Positions 18,614 to 29,340 are shown, numbered from the stretch's first letter. The stretch: DNA of 53,740 nt from a bacterium (GCA_037137535.1 JBAXKC010000019.1:1-53740), one strand, 5' to 3'. Notes: generated by a model from the sequence alone, not told the origin. A program made the numbers and translations.

Positions 18614-19333
18614 ATGTTACAACAATTGATTATTTCAAAAACCAAAGAAGAGTCAAATTATTTCTTTAGTGGAACAATTACCTGGAAAAGTGTTTCCTTT
18701 CATGTTACTACAACAATAATTCAAATTCAGTACGGGTTTACGCACCAGGTAGTTGTTCTCTATAACAATAAGATTTTTCGTTTTAGTCTAACAAAATGGA
18801 AATATAGTGGCGGCAGCTCAGGTGAGAGTCCTATTATCATTTCGGGGGATTTTCATTTACAATTAAAATCAGTATTGAATGGGGTCTATTTTAAAGAAAA
18901 AGTCAGTAACGAGTTTTTTGATAGCTATGAGCTTTTTTGTACCAATTTTGAAATAAGTTCTGAATATGGTAATTATGATACCAATATCAAAAAGGCAGAA
19001 AAGGTTTTGACATTGGAGGCAAAACCAGATAAACCACTAGAAAGGATATTGTATAAATTTCAAGATCAAAAAGTAGCTATAGAAAGCCTGGTTTATTACG
19101 AAGAAGACAGATTAGCGGTTGATTACTGGAAACTATACAGTAACTATGAATCGGAAGAATGGATTTATGTTGCAAAAGACGGCATTGAAATATTGAACAG
19201 ATATTTTTATACCACTGATAAAACTGAACTTTTATGGAAAATTCAGGAAACCTGCAGTGGGGCTGACAGCATAGAAAAGTTTGAAAAGCTGTTAATTAAA
19301 CTGGAGGTTTTATATACACATGTGCGAAGATAG
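18614..19333 (+). CDS. Hypothetical protein
   Basis: 239-aa ORF directly behind leader copy 2. Confidence 0.65.
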   Translation: MLQQLIISKTKEESNYFFSGTITWKSVSFHVTTTIIQIQYGFTHQVVVLYNNKIFRFSLTKWKYSGGSSGESPIIISGDFHLQLKSVLNGVYFKEKVSNEFFDSYELFCTNFEISSEYGNYDTNIKKAEKVLTLEAKPDKPLERILYKFQDQKVAIESLVYYEEDRLAVDYWKLYSNYESEEWIYVAKDGIEILNRYFYTTDKTELLWKIQETCSGADSIEKFEKLLIKLEVLYTHVRR

Positions 19334-19373
19334 TTGAATGCTCTAGGGATTAATAAATTTATAGATTGTTTAA

Positions 19374-20084
19374 ATGATTATTCCATTTAAAGTTGGGAAA
19401 AACAGTAATGCAGAAGATCAATTTATTGACCTTTCTGATGTGCCATTATTAATGATCTCTTATTGCGAAGAAGGAAATCTAAATATGGTACTACAGGAAA
19501 TTAACCAGATAGAATATCCTTATAAACAAGCTAATTATTTCATTACAAATAGTAAAAGGATTAGTTTAAAAGAGGATTTTAATTTTGAAACCATATACTT
19601 TTTGAAAGATGAACCAGAGCGGGGTTATATTTCATCAAGGAAATCAATGTTTAGAATTATTACAGATGAGATTACATTCAGGCAGCAGCTTCTAAAAGCA
19701 AAAAAAGTCAAAGATTTTAAACGCTACTTTTCTTTAAATCTCTGGAACACCGAAAAACGGTCGTATCAATTTTTAATTATTGATGACATTTGGGATATTG
19801 TAACTGCCAAACCAAAAGACCAGGTGATTAGTTTAATCAGAATTATACTTTATGGTCCAGCTGTAGGAATCCATACCATTTTCGCCAGCGGAATTTCCTA
19901 CCGCAACTTATTAGAACAACTCATAAATGTAAACCCTCAAATTACAGATCTTCTTCAGGAGAAATATGGGGTACCCGAACCCACTCAAATGTCAGCATTA
20001 GGGAAAGAGCTTATTTATACCCCAGATGGATTGATTTATTACAAATCGAAAAATATGGGCGAAATAGAAAAATTCTATCCCTAA
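19374..20084 (+). CDS. Degenerate FtsK/SpoIIIE-like ATPase domain protein lacking Walker A
   Basis: IPFKVGK...IDLSDVPLLMIS mirrors the FtsK pre-P-loop; FLIIDD Walker B and GPAVGIHTIFAS match FtsK; no GxxGxGKS. Confidence 0.6.
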   Translation: MIIPFKVGKNSNAEDQFIDLSDVPLLMISYCEEGNLNMVLQEINQIEYPYKQANYFITNSKRISLKEDFNFETIYFLKDEPERGYISSRKSMFRIITDEITFRQQLLKAKKVKDFKRYFSLNLWNTEKRSYQFLIIDDIWDIVTAKPKDQVISLIRIILYGPAVGIHTIFASGISYRNLLEQLINVNPQITDLLQEKYGVPEPTQMSALGKELIYTPDGLIYYKSKNMGEIEKFYP

Positions 20085-20112
20085 TATGGTTTTTGACTTA
20101 TCCAATTATATA

Positions 20113-20147
20113 AATATAAATACACGGTAATCTCACTTATTATTTTG
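20113..20147 (+). promoter_or_regulatory. Motif B operator (degenerate) plus -7-like box
   Basis: AATATAAATACACGGTAAT-N8-TTATTTTG. Confidence 0.45.
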
Positions 20148-20167
20148 TGTAGTATAAATGAAATACA

Positions 20168-20851
20168 ATGGACCCCAACACATACGAACCCAAGTATTTG
20201 TACCTCAATGAAATTTATATATCTGAACTGGTTTTCGATAATGGAGACGGCCTGTCACTTTTTGGATATTTAAAAGACTGGCATTCTAGTAAATTGGTTA
20301 GATGGGATTTCTTTTCAGACTTTAGTCAGTTAACTGATATATTATTAGAATGTGGCGAAGCAGGAGAAAGGCTGATTGACGTTTTATCCAAAACGCTTTT
20401 GGAAATCGTTGAAATTCCAACGGTTATTGATGTGGAACAGCAGCTGGATAAGTTATTAAAAGTAGATCAGTTTATTTTTAAGGTTTATCGACCCTGCGAA
20501 AAAGGCAATACCGGAGAATGGCATCCCACGAATGACCAATGTTTGTTCATTGAAGCAATTGCGCCCAAAGAAAAATTCATAACCGAAAACCCTAGTACTT
20601 ATATTTCTTTCTGTAAAAGAGGGGCTATAATAGCCGATCATTTGGATGATGCTATTGCAAATATTGTAGTCGATCCCATACAGGAAGAGTTGGATGAATT
20701 ACTACTGACTTTAAACAAAGCATACATGGTTTATAAAGGGCTGCGGAATCAAAAATTCAGTAAAAAACAGGCAAGGAAAATGGCAGGACTAAAAGACGAT
20801 TTCCTTTTTAAGATCGCGGATCTGAATAACAGGCTTTACAGAGAACTTTAA
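20168..20851 (+). CDS. Hypothetical protein
   Basis: 227-aa ORF. Confidence 0.65.
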   Translation: MDPNTYEPKYLYLNEIYISELVFDNGDGLSLFGYLKDWHSSKLVRWDFFSDFSQLTDILLECGEAGERLIDVLSKTLLEIVEIPTVIDVEQQLDKLLKVDQFIFKVYRPCEKGNTGEWHPTNDQCLFIEAIAPKEKFITENPSTYISFCKRGAIIADHLDDAIANIVVDPIQEELDELLLTLNKAYMVYKGLRNQKFSKKQARKMAGLKDDFLFKIADLNNRLYREL

Positions 20852-20930
20852 AACAGAAGCTAAATCTTTCCAAATTGAAATAAGCAAACACATACATATT
20901 TTAGTTCGTACTTTAGTAAAAACGCTTAGA

Positions 20931-21575
20931 ATGGATGCGAAAAAATTGAAAGCCAGATTAAAGGCTAGCAAGGAAAGTATTACAAGCCAGCATGCTGTTC
21001 GTTTACACAGAGCTATTAGCTGGTTAAAATGTGCGGAGGATATTCAAGACAACCTTGATCTTCAATATATCAGTCTATGGATTTCATTTAACGCCTGTTA
21101 TGCGAACAACCTTAGTAAGGGAGAATTGCTTTCAGAAAGAGATAGCTTTAGCTCGTTTATAAGTAAGCTTGTTAAGCACGATAAAGAAATGCGTTTCTTT
21201 CATTTGCTCTGGAATCAGTTTTCAGGACCAGTTAGACTGCTAGTTGAAAATAAATACGTTTATAAACCTTTCTGGGAATTTCAGAGAGGGGAGATTAAAG
21301 ACTGGAAAAAACCGTTTGAAAAATCGGTAACAGATTCCATGAAATTCCTGTCGGCACAAAATGTGGGGGGATTACTGGAAGTAGTATTAGACCGCTTATA
21401 TACATTGAGGAATCAGTTAATGCATGGAGGCGCAACCTTCAAGAGCGATATCAATCGATCTCAGGTAAGGGATGGAAATAATATGCTGAAATTATTGGTG
21501 CCACTAGTTATTGAGATTATGCTAACTAATAATGATGAAGACTGGGGTGAAATTTATTATCCGGTAATTGAATAA
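20931..21575 (+). CDS. HEPN domain protein, putative RNase
   Basis: RLHRAISW...LWISFNACY and intact RNQLMH (Rx4H) motif. Confidence 0.8.
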   Translation: MDAKKLKARLKASKESITSQHAVRLHRAISWLKCAEDIQDNLDLQYISLWISFNACYANNLSKGELLSERDSFSSFISKLVKHDKEMRFFHLLWNQFSGPVRLLVENKYVYKPFWEFQRGEIKDWKKPFEKSVTDSMKFLSAQNVGGLLEVVLDRLYTLRNQLMHGGATFKSDINRSQVRDGNNMLKLLVPLVIEIMLTNNDEDWGEIYYPVIE

Positions 21576-21660
21576 AAACGCTTTTATAGAGCTTGTTACT
21601 TAGTTTTTCTATCAATTACCCTAAAGGAATAATTTTTATAACATAATTAAAAACGCTTTT

Positions 21661-22170
21661 ATGGAGCAAGTTATCCATTTAAAAACAACACTTTCTTTTC
21701 GGGAAATGGAATCTGCTTCTGAATCAGCATTAATCATTAAAAAGTTTATTGAGTCCTGCATGCAATTAGATGTTTCCTTATTCGAGCCGTTTATGAATGA
21801 GGAAGATAATTTTGAGGATAAGGATAAATATCGTTTTTTAGAAAGATTGCGCAAGAGCTTCGAAGAGTATCGGCAGGATTTATTGGACGATTTTATTGTA
21901 GAACGAACTACCACTATTTGCGAAGGCTGTTCTTATGGGAAAAGGGTTGAACAATTCAAAGTCTATGAAGGGGAATCAAAAAAATTCTATGATGATTTTG
22001 GGTTTCTAATCGATGAAAATAACGGAAAGCTTATAGATATTTATCAATGTAACCAATACAAGGGATGTAAAATGGTAACGATTGGTGGCGGCAGCTCAAA
22101 TTTTCCAGAAATCACAATTAGCGAACAGGTATTAAAAGAAGAGCATAGAAAACGCTTAAACAAACAATAG
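21661..22170 (+). CDS. Hypothetical protein with CxxC
   Basis: 169-aa ORF, CEGC. Confidence 0.6.
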   Translation: MEQVIHLKTTLSFREMESASESALIIKKFIESCMQLDVSLFEPFMNEEDNFEDKDKYRFLERLRKSFEEYRQDLLDDFIVERTTTICEGCSYGKRVEQFKVYEGESKKFYDDFGFLIDENNGKLIDIYQCNQYKGCKMVTIGGGSSNFPEITISEQVLKEEHRKRLNKQ

Positions 22171-23070
22171 CTTATTATTTTCCAATTGCTTTTCACCATC
22201 AAAGCGATATGCAACTAGTTTCCCTTCTTTTGCAACGCTATAATCTAAGCAACAAATATTATCTCGATAGATAGAAGGATTCCCATTAAGCCAATAATGA
22301 CCAAAAAATACCGGCTTGTCATTTTCAGAATAATAATTTATGTTTTTTAATAATGAAATATCAACCTGAGTTTCCGGAAGGCTTTCTAAGGGTTCAACGC
22401 TAATTTGTTTGTAATTACTTATAATTGGATCTTCCCACCATTTGATTCTGATCTCAGTTCTATGATGCCCGTCTTTATCATTGAAAGATTGTCCTTCTGG
22501 CATTTCAATTTCCTTCCCTTTTAATGTTTCTTCAATTGCTAAATTAAAGTTACTTCCTTCATCAACTGATTCGTAAATGTATTCATCATTTAAGCAGTTA
22601 TTATACAGTGGTAGTGTTTTAATATAATCAATATTGGATTGGTCTCAACAGGCATGCACTGCTCTAAATTCATTTGTTTCATAAAACAAAGGAAGAGTCT
22701 TAAACCAATTTAGGTAATCTTCATATTCGTTTTGCCTATTTTGAAACTGTTTTAGCGTTTCATAATGTTGGATGATGTTTATAATTTTATGTTTTCTTAA
22801 GTGACCTCCTTGCATTTCAGGATAATGAAAACATAAAGCGTTATACTTGTGATTTCCCATCAAAGCAATAGCGTTACCAGAATCGCGCATTGCTCTAACA
22901 ATTTGAAGTGTTTCTCTGATTTGTGGTCCTCGATCAATATAGTCTCCCACGAAGAAGGCTTTTCTTTCTGAATGCCTATACGATCCGTTAATCATCGTGT
23001 ATCCTAATTTTTTAAGCAACTCTTCTAACTTGTCGGAATAACCGTGCACATCACCAATAAAATCGAACAT
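22156..23070 (-). pseudogene. Calcineurin-like metallophosphoesterase (ApaH/PrpA-like) interrupted by an in-frame TGA
   Basis: GDVHG, GDYIDRG, GNH(K), HAC*, FGHYW. The two track ORFs are in the same frame, separated only by TGA at 22645-22647. Confidence 0.85.
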
Positions 23071-23235
23071 AAATATATTTTTCAATAACCATGAAATAAC
23101 TAATAGTTCAATTTAATCATTTTTATTTGTTTTTTAAAATATGCTATCATCGAATTGGTTATCCGAATACATCTCTAAATAAGATAAATAAAAGCACTTT
23201 TATTCAGTTACATTTTTTAACACTTTTGTAAACGT

Positions 23236-23271
23236 ATTGTAAATAGGTGGCAATCTTCTACACGAACTTTG
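23236..23271 (+). promoter_or_regulatory. Motif B operator plus -7 box upstream of AAA-WYL2
   Basis: ATTGTAAATAGGTGGCAAT-N9-GAACTTTG. Confidence 0.6.
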
Positions 23272-23288
23272 TGTTTCAAACCTAATTT

Positions 23289-24959
23289 ATGCCTGAAACA
23301 AATGCCAAGGAAATTCTCCATGCCTGTCAACAATTGTTCAATAAAACAAAAGGAAAAAAAATTACACCAAGTTTACAAAAATTAATTGCCAGCTATCGCA
23401 AAAAGTTGACATCCACATTTTCGATTACCGACACCGAATCGTTAATATTCTCCTTTGTATTACTTGAAACATTTCGCGAAAGAGAAGTAAGCATTGATGA
23501 ATTAGTTAAACATTATGGAAATGATTTTTCATTGGTACCCGAATTTAATGCAGCACTTGAAAGTCTGAAAGAAAAAAAAATATTTTCACTAAGACCAGGA
23601 TCAATAAAAAGAAGAAAAGAAGTAGGGTATCGTTTTACGGTCAATCATCGAATCGTTGATGCTTTAATGAAGGGCGACTTATCTCTCATTCAAGTAGAAT
23701 CGCACCTGGTATTTTATGATATGCTCCAAGAGGTGAGTAGTATTATTGATATGCAGGATAATGATGTAATTACCTCTTGTGAACTTATCGAGGAATTAGA
23801 AGACGTTCTAAATTCAAATAGACAATTTCAGCAAGTTGATTGGCTTTTAAAACATAGTTTAACAAGGGAAGAACAAACCATGTTTTTTATTATATGCTGC
23901 GATACAGTAGCCGGGAATAATGTTACTGATATAGACGAATTATTAAAAAAGGTTTTTCATCTACCCTATGAAAGGCTTGATTATAAACGAAGTATAAAAG
24001 ATAAGACTAGTAAATTATTAGAAAAGGAGCTAATCACTTTTGATCCAAATAACTATGGTTATTTTGAAGGAGTATCACTTTCAGAAAATTCACAACAAAA
24101 CATTTTGTTTGGAGATTCACAACTTTTAAAAAAAAGCTTTAAGCCAAAGTTAGCTCTGTTGATAAATCATCAAACTATCGTTCCTTGTCAGCTCTACTAT
24201 AATCCAGCAGAAAATGAGCAAGTACAAGTATTGAACGATGCGTTGGAACAAAAAGCTTACCAGGAACTGACAGCGCAGTTAAAAAAGAATGGACTTGGCA
24301 CAGGATTTACTGTATTACTTCATGGCGCTGCAGGTACAGGTAAAACGGCCACCGTAAAAGAGTGGGCCAGACAAACAGGAAGAAATATTTTAATGGTAGA
24401 AGTTGATAAGATAAAAAGTGCCTGGGTGGGTGAGAGCGAAAAGCATTTGAATGACTTGTTTCAGGAGTATAAACGAGCTTGTACTTTCTATGAGAAACAC
24501 CCCATTCTACTGTTCAATGAAGCAGATGCTATCTTAGGGAAACGCATGCAGGTAAAATCCAGTGTCGATCAAATGAATAATTCTATCCAGAATATTCTAT
24601 TACAACAGTTAGAAGATTTTGAAGGAATCTTTGTAGCAACAACTAATCTCGCCGAACATTTAGATAATGCGTTTGATAGAAGATTATTATATAAAATAGA
24701 GTTCAAAGCTCCAGAAAAACCGGTTCAGCAACAAATATGGTCCTCGTTTTTTCCGGAACTTGAACAAGAAATTTTACGAAATATACATGATGAAGCCGTA
24801 TTAACTGGTGGTCAGATAATGAATGTTAAACGTAAACTGCTTGTGAACAATATATTGAGAAATCAAAAAACAACGCGGGAGCGGTTAATGATTGCTTGCA
24901 GAGAGGAAAGATCATTAAATAACAATAAACATCGAAGCGCCATCGGCTTCAGGGGATAA
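23289..24959 (+). CDS. AAA+ ATPase (SpoVK/Ycf46/Vps4-like)
   Basis: HGAAGTGKT, LLFNEAD, ATTN, LDNAFDRR. Confidence 0.9.
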   Translation: MPETNAKEILHACQQLFNKTKGKKITPSLQKLIASYRKKLTSTFSITDTESLIFSFVLLETFREREVSIDELVKHYGNDFSLVPEFNAALESLKEKKIFSLRPGSIKRRKEVGYRFTVNHRIVDALMKGDLSLIQVESHLVFYDMLQEVSSIIDMQDNDVITSCELIEELEDVLNSNRQFQQVDWLLKHSLTREEQTMFFIICCDTVAGNNVTDIDELLKKVFHLPYERLDYKRSIKDKTSKLLEKELITFDPNNYGYFEGVSLSENSQQNILFGDSQLLKKSFKPKLALLINHQTIVPCQLYYNPAENEQVQVLNDALEQKAYQELTAQLKKNGLGTGFTVLLHGAAGTGKTATVKEWARQTGRNILMVEVDKIKSAWVGESEKHLNDLFQEYKRACTFYEKHPILLFNEADAILGKRMQVKSSVDQMNNSIQNILLQQLEDFEGIFVATTNLAEHLDNAFDRRLLYKIEFKAPEKPVQQQIWSSFFPELEQEILRNIHDEAVLTGGQIMNVKRKLLVNNILRNQKTTRERLMIACREERSLNNNKHRSAIGFRG

Positions 24960-25131
24960 ATTTTTATTTTGAGAATCCTTTCTAAATAATCTGCAGCTTT
25001 ATAGTTAATTTAGTTAAATCAACGATCTAGAGCCAACTCCCCCTTGCGTAAGCATAGGCTATTGATTTATTCAAATGTCCATTAACTGTTTGTAACCCAC
25101 TTGCAAGCAACTTATCTTAAAGGTTTAGTTT

Positions 25132-26124
25132 ATGCCCAGTAATAAGAATGCTGTATTACGTTATCGCATCATTGATGGCTGTTTAACCAACCCCTATCAT
25201 AAGTACCCATCATTGGATTATATCCAAAAAAAAATAGAGGAGCAATTGAACAATGCAATTTCCGTGTCGATGATTCATAAGGACTTCAAGTCTATGAAAG
25301 AGATTTACAGTGCGCCAATCAAATTTAATAAAATAAGGGAGGGATATCATTATACAGAGGATGGATTTTCTATCAAGGAATTCCCGTTAACAACTGAAGA
25401 AATTTCGGCATTGGATTTTTCAACTGCCTTACTACAAAACCTGAAAGGAACGAAGCTTTTTATTCAATTTGAAAATGCCATTAACAAGTTAACAGAGGGT
25501 TATCGGATAAGTAAGGTATTGGGTAAGTCTGAGAGGCAAGTCATTCAAATTGAAGAACCTACCAAAACGTTGGGTAACCAATGGCTGGAGCCCTTGTTGG
25601 AAGCCATTATACAGAAAAAAGCACTTGCTATCACTTATGCACGTTACGGCGGTGAGCCCAAAGAGCATATTGTGTCAACCTGTTTATTAAAAGAATACCA
25701 TAATCGATGGTATTTGGTTGGCTATTCAGCTAGGGTAAAGGATTTACTCGTAATGGCATTGGATAGGATCAAAGCGGTTGACCCTTCTAAATCCCCGTAT
25801 CAAGCCGATATCAATTTTATCTCAGAAGATTTTTTCAAGTATAGTTTTGGAATTACGCAAATCCATGGAGCCAAGCCAGAAAAGATACTATTGTCTTTTA
25901 CCCCCCATCAGGCTCAGTATATCCTGAGTCAGCCCCTTCATCAATCACAAAAGCTAATTCTTGAAAACAGCAAAGAGGTACAAATTGAGTTGGAAGTATA
26001 TATCACCCAAGAGTTGATCATGAGCATTCTAGGATATGGAGCCGGTGTGAAGGTTTTAAAACCAGTTCATTTCAAAAAACAAATAAAGGAGTTAATACAG
26101 CAAATGCTTGTTAATTATAAATAG
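25132..26124 (+). CDS. WYL domain transcriptional regulator 2
   Basis: LRYRIIDGCL N-terminus, LKEYHNRWYL, ALDRI, QPLHQSQ. Confidence 0.93.
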   Translation: MPSNKNAVLRYRIIDGCLTNPYHKYPSLDYIQKKIEEQLNNAISVSMIHKDFKSMKEIYSAPIKFNKIREGYHYTEDGFSIKEFPLTTEEISALDFSTALLQNLKGTKLFIQFENAINKLTEGYRISKVLGKSERQVIQIEEPTKTLGNQWLEPLLEAIIQKKALAITYARYGGEPKEHIVSTCLLKEYHNRWYLVGYSARVKDLLVMALDRIKAVDPSKSPYQADINFISEDFFKYSFGITQIHGAKPEKILLSFTPHQAQYILSQPLHQSQKLILENSKEVQIELEVYITQELIMSILGYGAGVKVLKPVHFKKQIKELIQQMLVNYK

Positions 26125-26149
26125 GCGGTAATGGGGTTTATTAAGTTTG
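26114..26149 (+). promoter_or_regulatory. Motif B operator plus -7 box overlapping the WYL2 stop codon
   Basis: ATTATAAATAGGCGGTAAT-N9-TAAGTTTG. Confidence 0.6.
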
Positions 26150-26300
26150 GTACTTAATAAAATCAATAATAGACTGATCTAAATAACATAGGAAATTAAG
26201 CTTTAAAAAACCAAACTCGGGTTTGACAAAACAGTTATTGTCTCCTGTGAAATGTCATCTTTTAGTGGTTTTAAAATTACTAAATTGTAGGACGCGATAT

Positions 26301-27794
26301 ATGGAAAAGCTCCCTAAACACATTCTCTCCAAGTCAACCTTTATGAAAGGCTGCCAATGCCCCAAAGCATTGTGGTTATATAAGCATCAGCCCGAACTTA
26401 GAACCGAGGTAAGTGATCAGCAACAAGCCATTTTTGATCAGGGAACTAATGTGGGAAAACTGGCAGAGCAATTATTTCCAGATGGTGTAGATGCCAGGCC
26501 AGAAAACACTTTCGAGTACCAGCAATCAGTAGTGGATACTCAGAAATTTATAGCTCAAGGCAACAATGTAATTTATGAAGCTGCATTTCAGTACGATCAG
26601 GTAATGGCTGCTTTGGATATTTTGGTTTGCAATAGAGGTAAGTGGAATGCGTATGAAGTAAAAAGTAGTACCAGTGTTAGCGATGCTATTTTGCAGGATG
26701 CAGCCTTACAATATTATGTGATAACCCAATTTGGAATGCCATTGGTTGATTTTAGTATCGTTTATATCAATAATGAATATGTTCGGGAAGGAGATTTAGA
26801 TTTAAATAAACTCTTTGTGATAGAATCGGTGTTGGAAAAGGTATTAGAGTTACAACCCTTGATTGCTGCAAAAATCCCTGAACTGAAAAGAGTTGCAAAG
26901 CTAACCGAAGTGCCCCAACGAGATATTGGTCCACATTGTAGTGACCCATATGTTTGTGATTTTATGGAACATTGCTGGCAACATATTCCCGAAGATTCAG
27001 TGTTTGATTTACGAGGCCATGGTAGTGGACCAAAGGCATTTGAGTTATATGAGCAGGGAATCTTGTTATTGTCTGATATCCCAGATGACTTTAAACTGAA
27101 TACTTCTCAACAAATCCAGGTTACTGCTCATAAAACAGGTGAGCCAGTAATTAATAGAGCTGCATTGGAAGAATTCTTAGATCAGTTAGAATATCCTTTG
27201 TATTTCATGGATTTTGAAACCTTTCAATGTGCAGTTCCTGAATATGATGGAATCAGGCCTTATCAGCAAATTCCATTTCAGTATTCTGTCCATCGGGTAG
27301 ATGCACCAGAAGCAGAATTGTTTCATTTTGAATGGCTGGGTGAATCAGGAACAGATCCAAGAAAGGATTTTATTGAGAACTTATTAAGTGTGATGGGGAA
27401 AATGGGATCGATAGTTACTTACAATTCATCATTTGAAAAAGGCCGGTTAAGTGAATTGGCTATCCAGTTTCCTCGAAAAGCTAAAGCGATAGAAGCTTTA
27501 CAAGATAGAATCATTGATTTAATGAGCCCGTTCAGAAGTAAGCACTATTATTTACCAATATTGAAAGGATCTTATAGTATTAAACAGGTGTTACCTGCTT
27601 TAGCACCCGAATTAAGTTATGATGATTTAGAAATTGGAAATGGGAGTGATGCCAGTTTAATATTTTCTAAATTACGGTCAGAGAAAAGTGTTTCTGTAAT
27701 TAGGAAAACGAAAAATGATTTATTGAAATATTGCGGAATGGATACACTTGCAATGGTTAAATTGTTGAATAAACTCCAAAGTGAGATTTACTAA
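26301..27794 (+). CDS. Cas4/RecB-like nuclease fused to a DUF2779 RNase H/DnaQ-like domain
   Basis: LSKS..CQCPK, DIL...EVKS, QYY, HCx5Cx5C Cys cluster; YFMDFET...YCGMD. ATG at 26301 preferred over TTG 26223. Confidence 0.85.
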   Translation: MEKLPKHILSKSTFMKGCQCPKALWLYKHQPELRTEVSDQQQAIFDQGTNVGKLAEQLFPDGVDARPENTFEYQQSVVDTQKFIAQGNNVIYEAAFQYDQVMAALDILVCNRGKWNAYEVKSSTSVSDAILQDAALQYYVITQFGMPLVDFSIVYINNEYVREGDLDLNKLFVIESVLEKVLELQPLIAAKIPELKRVAKLTEVPQRDIGPHCSDPYVCDFMEHCWQHIPEDSVFDLRGHGSGPKAFELYEQGILLLSDIPDDFKLNTSQQIQVTAHKTGEPVINRAALEEFLDQLEYPLYFMDFETFQCAVPEYDGIRPYQQIPFQYSVHRVDAPEAELFHFEWLGESGTDPRKDFIENLLSVMGKMGSIVTYNSSFEKGRLSELAIQFPRKAKAIEALQDRIIDLMSPFRSKHYYLPILKGSYSIKQVLPALAPELSYDDLEIGNGSDASLIFSKLRSEKSVSVIRKTKNDLLKYCGMDTLAMVKLLNKLQSEIY

Positions 27795-27816
27795 AATTGA
27801 ATAAAGGTATTTTCAA

Positions 27817-29340
27817 ATGAACTATAAAATCGAACCCAAAGCAAGCAGTATATTAGGATCTCTAAGAAGTATTGGGTATGATTTAAAAACCGCTTTAGCT
27901 GATATAATTGATAATAGTATTTCAGCTGGCGCAAAAAAGATCGAAATTGTAAATAATGATATTTCTGGTTTAAACCCGAAACTTGAATGGCTTGCAATTG
28001 TAGATGATGGCGAAGGAATGACATTGCCCAAAATGGTTGAAGCCTTTATTTTAGGAGGTGATGGAATTGAATCATTAAGAGAGGATTCGGATTTAGGAAG
28101 GTTTGGTTTAGGTTTAAAAACTGCAAGTTTTTCACAATGCAGGAAACTAACAGTTATTTCAAAAACAAAAAAGACAAAAATAAAATCTTTAGTTTTCGAC
28201 CTGAATTTTATTATTTCAAATAAAAATAAGTGGGAAGCTTATACACTAAATGATCCTGATCTTGCTTTAGTAAAAATTAAATCAAGATTATTTAATCAGG
28301 GAATATTTGAACAAGATTCATGGACTTTAGTTCTGTGGGAAAATATTGATAAAAAAATAATCCAAGGCAATAAAATATTTTATGAGGAATTAGAAAAAGT
28401 AAGGGAACATATTTCATTAATATTTCATAAATATGAAAAAGGACTTGAAATAAGATTGAATAATACAAAAATAATATTTTGGGATCCTTATGCTACTGCA
28501 ATTTCCAGTGCGAAAAAAAATTATCGTTTTAACTCAGAGGGGGAATCGTTTCATTTAAAAACTCATCTGCTTAAACATAATAGTGAATTCAATAATCAAA
28601 ATGAGTATAATGATCAGTCACGGATCGGCAGCTTTAATAAAAACCAGGGTTTTTTTATTTACAGAAAAAACAGGTTAATATATCATGGAGGCTGGCTGGG
28701 ATTATATCCTAATGAGCATAATTATATTCTTGCAAGGGTTGAGATAAATTTGTCAAACTCGTTTACTTCAGATTCTGAATGGAATGTAAATATCAGTAAA
28801 TCATTAATTGATATTCCCTCTTTTGCATTAAATGATATAATACAGGAATGTGATGGAGTCCGTTCATCTGCAAATGATGTTTTCAGATTTCATGGAGGCA
28901 TCAAAAAGAATGTTATAAGGACTAAAAAGAAAGTAAATGAAATAAATTCAATCTGGAATTTTGAAAGTAAGGGAGATAAGGATGGATTAAAAGATTATTA
29001 TGAAATCAATAAAGAACATCCAATTATAAAAAGTTTTAGTAATGGTTTATCTAATAAAGAAGTAAAAAAACAGTTTAATCAGCTCCTGAAATACATTGAA
29101 AACTATCTTCCAATAGATAATATTTTTGTTCGAAAAGCAAATCAGAATATTGTACAACCCCGGCAGGAAAATAGTATCATTTACGAAAAATTTAAATCGA
29201 TTTTTAATATTATGAAAGAAGAAACAGGTTTGGAAAATGCTTTTCAAACTCTTATTAATGTTGAACCTTTTAACCGTATAACATTTGATAAAAAAATGTT
29301 AGATGATTTAGGAATTAATTATGAAAAAAACAATGACTAA
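27817..29340 (+). CDS. MORC/MutL-type GHKL ATPase (MzaB-like)
   Basis: ALADIIDNSISA, DDGEGM, DLGRFGLGLKTASFSQ. Confidence 0.92.
   Translation: MNYKIEPKASSILGSLRSIGYDLKTALADIIDNSISAGAKKIEIVNNDISGLNPKLEWLAIVDDGEGMTLPKMVEAFILGGDGIESLREDSDLGRFGLGLKTASFSQCRKLTVISKTKKTKIKSLVFDLNFIISNKNKWEAYTLNDPDLALVKIKSRLFNQGIFEQDSWTLVLWENIDKKIIQGNKIFYEELEKVREHISLIFHKYEKGLEIRLNNTKIIFWDPYATAISSAKKNYRFNSEGESFHLKTHLLKHNSEFNNQNEYNDQSRIGSFNKNQGFFIYRKNRLIYHGGWLGLYPNEHNYILARVEINLSNSFTSDSEWNVNISKSLIDIPSFALNDIIQECDGVRSSANDVFRFHGGIKKNVIRTKKKVNEINSIWNFESKGDKDGLKDYYEINKEHPIIKSFSNGLSNKEVKKQFNQLLKYIENYLPIDNIFVRKANQNIVQPRQENSIIYEKFKSIFNIMKEETGLENAFQTLINVEPFNRITFDKKMLDDLGINYEKNND

Noticed and set aside
22645-22647. TGA as selenocysteine or recoded Trp
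   Set aside because: The position is normally Trp, TGA is used as a stop elsewhere in the window, and a second lesion suggests decay.
24960-27816. CRISPR array or cas locus near the Cas4-like gene
   Set aside because: No regularly spaced repeats and no cas1/cas2 seen in the window.
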